DNA from: Mycobacterium leprae TN
GTDB taxonomy: Bacteria > Actinomycetota > Actinomycetes > Mycobacteriales > Mycobacteriaceae
NCBI RefSeq assembly: GCF_000195855.1
Contig: NC_002677.1
Location: 2,580,001-2,612,000, forward strand
DNA: 32,000 bases
Direction: 5' to 3'
The translations under genes and the position numbers were made by a program. How positions within the stretch are numbered: the stretch's first letter is position 1; every line of letters begins with the position of its first letter. The notes beneath the pieces are model-generated. The model was not told where the DNA came from. It made no database searches and saw only the letters and a list, made by a program, of their open reading frames with translations. This document shows, piece by piece, positions 10,358 through 20,239 of the stretch.

Positions 10358-12321
10358 CGTCTAGCCCTCGCTGATAAATAGCTGGCCGATACGCACAATC
10401 ATGTCCGTTTAGTCAAGACCCACCTCAACTCCGCCGATTGTCGGCTCACGATTCTGCGCCGACAGGGAGGGGCGAAGGTGCGCCAAGGTCAGGTCGATGC
10501 GGTAAGTCACCCAAAGCGCTTTGACTGCGGTCCGAAACCACCGTGTCGGGATTTCTTCCTGTAATTCAGCTCGCACCCGAACTCGACAAACTCGCCCCAC
10601 ATTACCCACTCTGTAATGCGAGAAGCGGCTCAAAGGAGCGAATCGTACCGCTTTGCCGCGGCGTCCGTACCCGTTTATCCAGCGCCACGCCGTCCCGCCA
10701 CGCATCCCAATAATCCAGTCCACTTCCGAATAGAACATAGACAGAACTGGCATGTCAATAACATGGCACATGAATACCTTCCGTCACCGACACTATGTCT
10801 TCATGGCTATTTGCATACATGATCACCTCACCCGTCCTTGAATGATCGACTAGAAAGACACGGCACCGAAAAAAACTAGCGAGTGTAGTAGTTAACCTAA
10901 ACTAACCCGATATTAGGTCGACTCCATCGCAGGCGTGTGAATGGGTGCCATAATCGAAAGCGTCCAGAATGCACGCGGCGAACGCAGGATTCATGGCTAC
11001 TTGAATCGAACCTCTTCTCTTGTCCTCCAACCCATCTTTCCTTGCTTGCACTGCCGTCAACATCCTGAATGGATTACTTGCGTGCGACCCTAAACGCTTG
11101 GTGATCTACTTCACCAAACACTCGTCACCGAATTGATCGGGTAACAAGGAGTACTAACGCATCGTCTTCAACGCCTGGCGCAAGCTGGGGCACCGACCAA
11201 AGTTATTTTGGCGGTATTCCTGGACTTCAATGAATAACTATAGTCGTAACAATCGTTCGGGATACGTCATTTTTCGATTTGAAATAATAGTTTTTTGCTG
11301 CCCAGTTTCTCGTATTGCCACTCCTGATAAAGACAACGCAAGATCGGTCGAACGACTTAAAAAATTCTATCGTCCTTATATGTCTGCACTTCGGCGCAGT
11401 ATGCATAGTAATCATCACATTGCCGACCTGATTGATCGGTTGCTTCCCACCGATAAAACCGGGTGATATATTTCCGCACCCAGTCCACATCAACACCGTT
11501 AAGGCACATACACCTATCATCCGGAAAACAACCTACACTATCAGAACAAAACTACCCTTGAACGCCTAAACTTGTCCGAAAAAGTGTTAAGTAATTAGGC
11601 CATGACATCACTCTGGGACTTCAATTCCTGAATTTATTTAGGAGCAATAGAATTGCTAAACTTGATCTCAAACACCTCAAAGAGATCCATACCGCTGTTG
11701 AGGTGTGGAATTGAATACGGGTCGTTCGGCATTACGGAATTAGGCGAGTACAGACTCATGCTGACACCCGTACTGCCGCCTTTGCCCATATCGGCCGTCA
11801 TGACCGAGGACCGAAAAGACCACACAAAACGGCAGGATTTAACCGAGCTGTATACGTATGACAAGACACACAGACCTTAGAAAACTATTAGTGTGAAGGG
11901 CTTTCCATCAACGTTCGATGGCCACTCAGAAACTGGAGAACTTTCTTATGTAGGTAGTTGGTACGGTCGTCGTGGTCGCGACTGTGCTCCTCGCTTGGAT
12001 ACTACGGTAACCAAATAATTACGAGTTCCACTTCTGCGCGCCCCGTCAGGTGGGCCCGGTGAATTCTCTGGAGCGTGACCTCGTGGCCGCGAGTCGCTAA
12101 GGATGACGGCTTGTTAAGCTAAGAGCGCATTACCCATAATTACATGCAGGACAAAGAAATCGACCAGACCATCTGTATTTATAAACATCTACTAGGAGTA
12201 AGAAGGTCCAAGAACTATTTACGCATTGCCGCCCACACCCGTATCGACCAGACGGTCGATGACCCATAAAAAGCGGCTTCCAAAACTCGTGATGCTGTCG
12301 GGGCGCATTCCGCCCAATCGA

Positions 12322-12377
12322 CAATAGTTGTTCCCGGAACAATTTGTATGGAATTTTTTATGTGGGAACAACTGTCG
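12322..12377. repeat. Interrupted inverted repeat AGTTGTTCCC (12326-12335) / GGGAACAACT (12364-12373), extendable by CGAC/GTCG with a 3-nt bulge
   Basis: Direct reading: 10-bp perfect arms with a 28-nt spacer. TTGTTCCcGGAACAA at the left arm is itself a small dyad. Confidence 0.75.
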
Positions 12378-13599
12378 ACTGTGGAAATTGCTACATAGCC
12401 ATGCACTAGTGAAACGTCGGCAGACGAAATCAGCAGACGTGAGAACTGGTCGATACAGATTCGACCTGTCACTGGCCGTCACACTCTCACTGTTGGGTGC
12501 TTTGACGCAAGTAAAGATCAATTTTCTGGGGAATTACCAGCGGGTTAAGCCCATATATTAATTCGGGGACAGTGAACCAGCTTGTCATAGATATCAAGTA
12601 CGAAATCAAACGTCCATCGGCTCAGCCTTATTAAGCAAGGTCACGACGACAGAGGAAGAAGCAGCCTGGCTTCTAACCAAATTGGATGAACTGCTAGATG
12701 TCCGGGGCTGCGGAATGGCCTGTAAGGCACGCTCGCGTATGTCAAAAATATTTTGACCCATCGTTATATTGCTCATCGATAAATTGGCTAGGTTGACCAT
12801 CTACATGACGGATGAAGTCCTTAAAAAGCAAGTAACGGAATTGTTTTCACGCATATTGAACAAGAGAAGAAAAGTTCGGCATCGTGATCGCTGCATTCGC
12901 ACAAGACTCGCGCAAAGATGCCTTGCCCATGTGCGGATTGTTCACCCAGACCACGCTTTGCGGCTTCATTCACACGAGGAGGCCACGATAGTTTCTGCGT
13001 GGCGGCACGGCTGATCGCGCACCCGTGCATCGCATCAACCCAAGTGACCCTGGTAATGGATACATTATCGACAGAAACGAGTCAACGGTACATGCTGACT
13101 ACTGACCGTACTCGTTAACTCGTTCTACAAAAGAATAATACCTAATAGATACACTCGTCCTAGTCACGTGGGTCTAGTAAAGCGCTGAAGGTATCGACAT
13201 GGTAATTCCCTGCACCACAACCAAGGCAACCCTTTTTGCGCTGTTTCCATAGCTGTTGAGAACAAAGAGGTGGGCGAACTGCTGGGCTTCTCGGCTGCGA
13301 CTGTGAGTCGATGAGGAGCGTTCCATGAACACGGCGGAGACATGAGACTACCCTGCTACACGCTGTCAGATCGAGTAAGATGTTGAGAAACAAAGGAAAT
13401 CCGAGCATACTTGAAGTAGGTGCTCCGCTAAATGGTCGGCTCGGTATAGTGCGGCATCCGAAAGCGAAATCAATTCAGCCGGCCAACCGCGCTACACTAG
13501 TGCGCGATCCAGCCTTCTCGTCGAGATGGGTCTAAACGCCATCCGCCTGTGCCTTATTGCTATAAGCGTAAATTTTCAAAGCCGAGCGGAACAGTGAAG

Positions 13600-14515
13600 C
13601 GACACTTGGCACCAGGCGGTTCGACCCCCGACTGGGCTGCATCACACTCGCCTAAATCTGGACCCAAATACAGCGCGTCAAAACACCCAGCCGTGTCGCC
13701 CAAGACGTGGAGTGGTTACACCCAGCATTGGAAACTCCTAACCGACCGACAAAATCTGCCGCAAGGGCGTATAGCAATTCGTCGACACCCTCACTGTCGG
13801 CCCGTGAGCTAAATTCACCACGCTTCGGCTGCTGCGGTCGATTCTCGACATAGCCTGCTAAAATGGTCGGATTCACATAAACTCAGATCAGGACGTATCA
13901 GCCGAGTGGATGCGTCCTGAGAACGCCACCGCTACCTCACGGACGCCCAAGTGGCCACGCTCGCAGCGGCGTGTGGCGACCAAGGCAACGTCGTAACTAT
14001 CCTGACCTGTACCGAATTGTACTGGTCAGAACTCGTCGGCCTGAGCGTCGGCGACATCTACCTAACGGCGAGCAGGCTCAACGTCCGCCAAGCCGCGCCG
14101 GCAGTCAAAAGCCGGATCATAGTTGGCTCGCCAAAACGCGCGCAGCCGTCCGCACCGTCCCACTGCACGCCAATCGTTATCGATACCCTCAATCCACGCA
14201 TCGACAACCATGCACCTCAAGAACAAGTGGTCTACCTCACCCGACCGGCGGCTTTACTCAGATCAAGCAACTGACGCCGGAAACCAACTGCAACAAATTC
14301 CTCAAAAAACCCACTTGGCGCACCTGTGACCATCCACAACCTCATACCAGCCTGGCCCGAGTGTCCGGCGCCGACCTTACGCTACGTACAGAAGATCCAC
14401 ACCAACTGGCACCACCAATATCTACAGCGATCTCATACACCGACAAACTCGGCTGCGTAGCCACGAACCTCGACCGGACCTGGCTCCACATCTCCGCAGC
14501 AACCCAGGCGAACGG
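13600..14515 (+). pseudogene. Tyrosine recombinase / phage-type integrase pseudogene
   Basis: Fragments LRLLRSILDIACRNGRIHINS, RYLTDAQVATLAAACGDQGNVVTILTCTELYWSELVGLSVGDIYLTASRLNVRQA, VGSPK(T)RA..RTVPL, YRYPQ..., IYSDLIHRQTRLRSH match the fold and order of mycobacteriophage/actinobacterial integrases (cf. GLRWGELAALRVRDVDL, GTPKT..RRTVPL). Interrupted by frameshifts and stops. Confidence 0.8.
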
Positions 14516-14582
14516 ATAGAAACCGGAGACACTGAAACGTCCATAGCTGCCATCACAGTGTCCGCACAGCTCAGAACCGGTA

Positions 14583-14656
14583 GCCAGGGGCGGGATCGAA
14601 CCGCCGACCTTCCGCTTTTCAGGCGGACGCTCATACCGACTGAGCTACCTGGCCAG
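14583..14656 (-). tRNA. tRNA-Phe (GAA)
   Basis: Cloverleaf on the minus strand: GGCCAGG-TAGCTCAGTCGGTATGAGC-..CCGCCTGAAAAGCGG..-GGCGGTTCGATCCCGCC-CCTGGCT-A, anticodon GAA. Confidence 0.95.
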
Positions 14657-14687
14657 AAGGCAGCGTGTGTGCCTCGCTGCGCTAGCG

Positions 14688-14761
14688 ACCCTGACGGGAC
14701 TCGAACCCGCGACCTCCGCCGTGACAGGGCGGCGCGCTAACCAACTGCGCCACAGGGCCTT
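14688..14761 (-). tRNA. tRNA-Asp (GTC)
   Basis: Minus-strand cloverleaf GGCCCTGTGGCGCAGTTGGTTAGCGCGCCGCCCTGTCACGGCGGAGGTCGCGGGTTCGAGTCCCGTCAGGGTCG, anticodon GTC. Confidence 0.96.
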
Positions 14762-14791
14762 GCTTGTGCTCCACGTCACCGCGTAGCAGTA

Positions 14792-14864
14792 CCCCCTACG
14801 GGATTCGAACCCGCGCTACCGCCTTGAAAGGGCGGCGTCCTAGGCCACTAGACGAAGGGGGCCA
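14792..14864 (-). tRNA. tRNA-Glu (TTC)
   Basis: Minus-strand cloverleaf GCCCCCTTCGTCTAGTGGCCTAGGACGCCGCCCTTTCAAGGCGGTAGCGCGGGTTCGAATCCCGTAGGGGGTA, anticodon TTC. Confidence 0.96.
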
Positions 14865-14985
14865 GAACCGCATCTCTCCGGGGTACTCACAACGCAGTTA
14901 CCGTTGGAGCCCAGTCAGCTTAGGTCACCGTGGGCCCAATCCTCAAACGAGCTCAGTTCCCGAGACCGGTATCCTAAATATCCAC

Positions 14986-15058
14986 GCCCCTATAGCTCAG
15001 TTGGTAGAGCTACGGACTTTTAATCCGCAGGTCCTAGGTTCGAGTCCTAGTGGGGGCA
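14986..15058 (+). tRNA. tRNA-Lys (TTT)
   Basis: GCCCCTATAGCTCAGTTGGTAGAGCTACGGACTTTTAATCCGCAGGTCCTAGGTTCGAGTCCTAGTGGGGGCA, anticodon TTT. Confidence 0.96.
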
Positions 15059-15779
15059 CTGATCCCCCTGCTATCATTACGTTATCCGATGTTGGCGCCT
15101 TCGACGATAGCGCCGTGCAGCAACTCGTTTGCCAATGGTCTACCGGGGTGGTGCCGGACTTACTGGCACGGCGCGCGGCTAAACGACGTGTTACCGCCAT
15201 ATCGTTGGTTATGCTTTCCTGAATAAGTGGCGATGGAGTCAACCTTAACCAGGCCCGTTGCCCTGGTCACACTGGAAATCCGTCACCCGGCAACTGATTC
15301 CCGAACCGAATCATCCGGCTAGGAGCTGCAACACCGGTTTGCCATCAGTTGCCAATCAAACGTCAGACTCAAAACGTGGCTTGCAAGATGGTGGCTCTGG
15401 CACAGCACCGATGCCACCCGCGAAACGCAGCGAGGCAAATCACTCATTCTCCGTTACGGCCCAGGAATATCGGTCAGGCGGTCGATTCTAATTCCCATCT
15501 GCACCGGGTCATAGGGCCCAAACCTAGACCATTTTTCCTAACGGATATCGACCCCAGCTTCTGGACACGCAACAAGCCTATTCCGAAGTACGACAGGGAT
15601 ATGCTGGCTACAATTATCACGATTTGTACACACCAGTTCGTGCAGTATTTCAGGACTTGCTCACCAATTACATGAAAAATAACCTTCTGCACCACTAGGC
15701 TTTCGCACGCTCCTGACGGTATCGCATAAACGGACGAGTACCGCTATAGATTATAGCAGCGAAGTCCTCGGCGATGGCG

Positions 15780-16330
15780 TTTTCGGGATAGATCAAGCCA
15801 TTAGCCGCACGAAGGTCCTTGACCGTGCGTGGACGATGTCTGCCAACCGCGCTGGCTTAGATAGTCGACGATGTGACGGCGTTGACTATGGTGGGCAAGA
15901 TCGTTGAGATCGACTTTGAAGCCCAATTCACTCATCCGAGGATGAGTGAATTGGGCTACCGCTCGTTCATGAACGATAGCAATGGCGGGCACGAACGCAA
16001 AAGCCAGCCAACTGCCGGGACACTCAAAGCGGCGATGTTATCGAACAGGGCATCCTGGGCCACGTCCGGCAAGTAGACCAGCAACCCTTCGGTACTCTCC
16101 ACGCCGTAACAGCCTGCGAGCCGAATCCCGCCGTCTTCAGCGCCGCAGTCCAGTCATCGCGCAAGTCGACCGCGACCATTGCGCCACTCGGCGGTTCGGC
16201 TCGGCGCCTAGATCACTCAATGTCACTGTCTTGAATTCGTCACCTTCGGTATGTGACCCTCGTAGACCACGGTACCCGCCGGCGACGTTAACCGATAGTT
16301 GCGCATTGAAACCTGCCACGAAAATCACTC
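15780..16330 (-). pseudogene. Mycobacterial SAM-dependent methyltransferase (LCM / Rv0830-like family) pseudogene
   Basis: Minus strand: RDDWTAALKTAGF..., EGLLVYLPDVAQDALFDNIAALSVP, MSELGFKVDLNDLAHHSQRRHIVDYLSQRGWQTSS. These are characteristic blocks of the family, interrupted by frameshifts. Confidence 0.82.
15920..15957. repeat. Near-perfect 38-nt palindrome: 18-bp arms AGCCCAATTCACTCATCC / GGATGAGTGAATTGGGCT, 2-nt spacer
   Basis: Direct reading; arms 15920-15937 and 15940-15957. Both strands translate locally to AQFTHPRMSELG. Confidence 0.97.
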
Positions 16331-16730
16331 CTGGCCGACGCCGCTCTTTGTCACATCAACAAAGTTATCATAGAACCTGGTGCGGTAAGCCATCCCCCGG
16401 GCCATTTGTTGCGGATTAAATCCGGAATTCTCGTCAACACAGAAATACGGCCGATGACCAGTCGCGTGTAGACGTCGAATCAAACAGCATGAACCAGCAG
16501 CGCAGCGTATGAGCTTTTCGTCAGAGACCAGCACTCGCTAAGCGGCAACCGTGGTCGCCGTCACCTCGACGCTCATCGCGAGATCTCAACGATCACGTTC
16601 GGTACGAGACAAAACGCTACCATACCTAACCACAAACACATGCAGAAATAAATGTTCAAGAATGGATATAGTTTATTCTATTTACTGTCGCAAGACCAAT
16701 TCCCCACACTTTGGCGACAGCACTACTATA

Positions 16731-16748
16731 CTGTATATATATATACAG
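16731..16748. repeat. Perfect 18-nt palindrome CTGTATATATATATACAG in a locally AT-rich segment
   Basis: Direct reading; the sequence is its own reverse complement. Confidence 0.95.
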
Positions 16749-16789
16749 ATTATAGAATAGTATTAGGTAGTCGCGGTTGATTACCCGGT

Positions 16790-17100
16790 GATCAGGCCAG
16801 TTTAGTGATCGAATTGTTACCAATGTGGGCCGACACCACCCGGGTGCCAGTGTTGTAGTCGCTGACGAACCGTGAGATGTCCGTTAACGAACCCGCCGAA
16901 CATGTGGACAAGCCAACATCGTCGGTCTCCCAGCACCTGACGAAACTGCGGATGACACGTCTGGTGCGCACCCGCCGTACTGCACCACAATTTTCTACAA
17001 TCTGAAAAACGATCACGTACGCCAGTTGGTCATCGACGCCGTCTTTAACGCCGAACACGCCCAGGGATTACGCGTCATCACCGCGCCGAGGGTGGGTTGA
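16790..17100 (+). pseudogene. kmtR: ArsR-family metal-sensing repressor pseudogene (kmtR / Rv0827c-like)
   Basis: VIELLPMWADTTRVPVL*SLTNREMSVNEPAEHVDKPTSSVSQHLTKLRMTRLVRTRR then frameshift, then VRQLVIDAVFNAEHAQG. Near-collinear with KmtR (REMSVNELAEQVGKPAPSVSQHLAKLRMARLVRTRR..VRQLVIDAVFNAEHAGPG), with an internal stop. Confidence 0.88.
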
Positions 17101-17732
17101 AGCCAGCCCACGAATCCGCAACGCCACCCACCCGCTAGGGCGGCGGATAACGAGATCACCAAGCAGCAAACTCACGACGCACCGCATGCGCATGAACACC
17201 ACCATGGCATGGTGTCCCACTCGGCCCGAACCGCAGAGGTTAGTCAGGATTCAGAGCAGTAATGCATCGTGGTTGTCCCGCTCATCCTGGGACAACCGGT
17301 TGCGCACAGACGCCTGCACCAACGATGCGTGTCAGCGGGCACGCGCCCAGTCGCACGATCCCAGTCGGCGCTGGCCCACGGACGCTTCTACAACCGGTGC
17401 GGCACCAACGCGAAGACTCAAGCGGACAAAGCTGCCAAAGCGCCTGTGCAACCATTCGTCGCTACGCAACCACCGGTAACCCACCGACTCCCGGACCGGT
17501 GGATCGTAAAGACCGACAGTAAGCCAAAACAAAGAACAGGGCCAGTAATCTACTGCTACGCTGCCCACAACCAATCCGGAACCCATTGAGCGAAAGAAAG
17601 CAGGTTTAGATAGTTCGATCATATCGAGTACGGCACTTGCCTCCTGATTATTCTCCAACATGCTGCGACACACTCGATCTCAGTAGACCCGGAATTCCTC
17701 CAAGACGTCTGCGCCGGGCGCATATTCATTCC

Positions 17733-17770
<38 letters not shown>

Positions 17771-19215
17771 GATACCACGCGATGTGTTCATCGAACAGAT
17801 GACGCTTCTGGCCTTCGATCAGGCCGCTGTACAATCGTCCTGCTAAATGCAAAATTCCAACAAAGAACGTGGCATACACCTAGTAAAATTATAGCGGGAA
17901 GTATGATGCATGGTAGCGACAGTTAACAGCGTCGACGCATTTGACGGTAAGATGATATCATGCACCTTAGCGGCGGTCACCGAGGTATGGTCGTCATCGA
18001 AAACAACAGCGCCAATTTGGTAAAACGACCGCAGCAGCCGCTGCCAGTGTTCCCGGAAAGGGTCAAATGATCTTCGACCACCGCGCCCAGCTAGAGGATA
18101 AATATTCTGCATCGATCGCGCCCTGGCCCCTGCAACAGGCCACGCTAATCGCCGAAATACCGCCACGTCAGCGATTCTGAGCGAAGCGGGAGTGGCGGCG
18201 CGTTGTAGCCAGTGACGACACCGGACAGCAACCAACCACACCATCGTGATCTTTAGCGCTGGTAAACGGGCACGCGGCCGACGAATCTTGAGTCACTGAC
18301 GTGTTTCTGTAGATGTTGAGTCATTCTGACTACACACGTTGTCGCTTTGAAACTCTAGGGAGTGGTGCGCAGTCCCATCAACGATGGGGCTGTTAGTCTG
18401 GCGTCGCACTGGAAAGTTGCCTAGCTGTACGTCGCGATAACTTGATCGCTGCCGGTACGCAATTACTCGGCAGCTACAGCGGATCGGTGCTGACCATCCA
18501 CGCGGTATCCCCAGAGCCGAGCTGACCAAAAGGTACTCCTCCGAACACTTCCTGACCGTGACGAAGACAAATTTTGTGCGTGTGGTTTACGACGACGTCT
18601 GCACGCGGGCCATGACAACCCTCGTCTCGGCGAAGACCCCTCAAGAAGACCGTCAAACCAATTTGTCGCGCTTTTGGTCGACAACCTGATGCGCTGGCAC
18701 GTGCTGCTTACTGGCACCTAACAGTCAAGCCCGTGCTGGCTAAGTCCGGCGCGGAATGGCTGCCCAACTTCATCGCGTTGCCGCAATACAAGTTATCCTG
18801 GATCAGCAGCGACCCTGTCTTACAAAAAATGGTCGCCGCCAGCTTGACCGGAGACCTCACCGGTCTGTTCACCACCTAGTATCTGCGTATCTGCACGGAC
18901 TGCCGGGGGCCACACGCGAATAGTTCATCGACTACTGCACTGGGGATGCTGCTAAATACGGCTGCCACATGCGTACCCCGGACAAGCTGAAGGAAATCGA
19001 GCGATCGGTGCATTCCACGACGTGTGACTGGGGTTGCCCGGCAGGGAGCTACAAAGTTCCCTGCAGTCCTGTTTTCGAGGGTTACGCGAAGGATGAGCTG
19101 GCCAGCCGATGCGGCCGGTAACCCCACGACGTGGCATGCCGGAAGGGAACTTGATGCTACCGAGATACACAGATATGTTGACTGCAACCAATAGACACAG
19201 ATAACTGGAGGAGCC

Positions 19216-20232
19216 ATGTCAGCCGAGCTGACCGACCTACAGCTGCTGCACGAGCTCGAACCGGTCGTGGAGAAGTACATGAACCGTCATGAACGCCTAC
19301 ACAAGAACTGGAATCCGCACGACTATATCCCGTGGTCGGATGGCAAGAACTTCTACGCTCTCGGCGGTCAGGATTGGGACCCCGAGCAGAGCCAGCTCTC
19401 CGATGTCGCCCAAGTAGCGATGGTACAGAACCTGGTCACCGAGGACAACCTGCCGTCGTATCACCGAGAAATCGCGATGACCATGGGCATGGACGGTGCA
19501 TGGGGGCAGTGGGTCAACCGCTGGACAGCCGAGGAAAACCGGCACGGAATCGCGCTGCGCGACTATCTGGTGGTGACCCGCGCGGTCGATCCGGTGGAGC
19601 TAGAGAAACTACGCATCGAGGTAGTCAACCGGGGTTTCAGCCCGGGCCAGAATCACCAAGGCGGACTCTTCGCCGACACCCTGTTCGACTCGATCCTCTA
19701 CGTCACATTCCAGGAGCTGGCTACCCGCGTCTCGCACCGCAACACGGGTAAGGCCTGCAACGAGACGATCGCTGACCAGCTGCTCGCTAAAATATCGAGC
19801 GATGAAAACCTGCACATGATCTTCTACCGGGACGTCAGCGAAGCTGGCATAGAGCTCGCACCCAACCTTGCGATCAAGGCACTGCACAAGATCCTGCACA
19901 ACTTTAAGATGCCGGGATTCCTGGTTCCTGAGTTCCGGCGTAAGGCCGTGATAATTGCCGTCGGTGGCGTCTACGACATTCGGATCCACCTTGACGAGGT
20001 GGTCATGCCGGTGCTCAAAAAATGGCGGATCTTGGAGCGCGAAGACTTCAGCGGCGAGGGTACACGGTTGCGTGACGAAATCGGCGAGCATCTTACAGAG
20101 CTTGAGGCCGCGTGCGACAAGTTCGAAGTCTCCAAGCAGCGCTACATTGAACGCGAAGCCCGCCGGACTGAGAAAATCACCGCACGCAAGGTGCTATCTA
20201 CCGAAGGCACGCTGAGGATGAGTGGGCGGTAG
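19216..20232 (+). CDS. desA1: Acyl-[acyl-carrier-protein] desaturase DesA1, 338 aa
   Basis: Intact ORF. Di-iron desaturase motifs (TEDNLPSYHRE, EENRHG, DENLHMIFYRD) and near-full resemblance to Rv0824c. RBS-like ggag precedes the ATG. Confidence 0.96.
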   Translation: MSAELTDLQLLHELEPVVEKYMNRHERLHKNWNPHDYIPWSDGKNFYALGGQDWDPEQSQLSDVAQVAMVQNLVTEDNLPSYHREIAMTMGMDGAWGQWVNRWTAEENRHGIALRDYLVVTRAVDPVELEKLRIEVVNRGFSPGQNHQGGLFADTLFDSILYVTFQELATRVSHRNTGKACNETIADQLLAKISSDENLHMIFYRDVSEAGIELAPNLAIKALHKILHNFKMPGFLVPEFRRKAVIIAVGGVYDIRIHLDEVVMPVLKKWRILEREDFSGEGTRLRDEIGEHLTELEAACDKFEVSKQRYIEREARRTEKITARKVLSTEGTLRMSGR

Positions 20233-20239
20233 TTGACCA

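Noticed and set aside
14583-14610. Second att copy of the tRNA-Phe 3' end, e.g. tagccagggatcgg near 548
   Set aside because: The match is short and gapped relative to tagccaggggcgggatcg; not better than chance, so no attL claimed.
19332-20215. ORFs 19332..19751, 19609..20091 and 19955..20215 overlapping desA1
   Set aside because: Alternative frames of a high-confidence gene; no family resemblance of their own.
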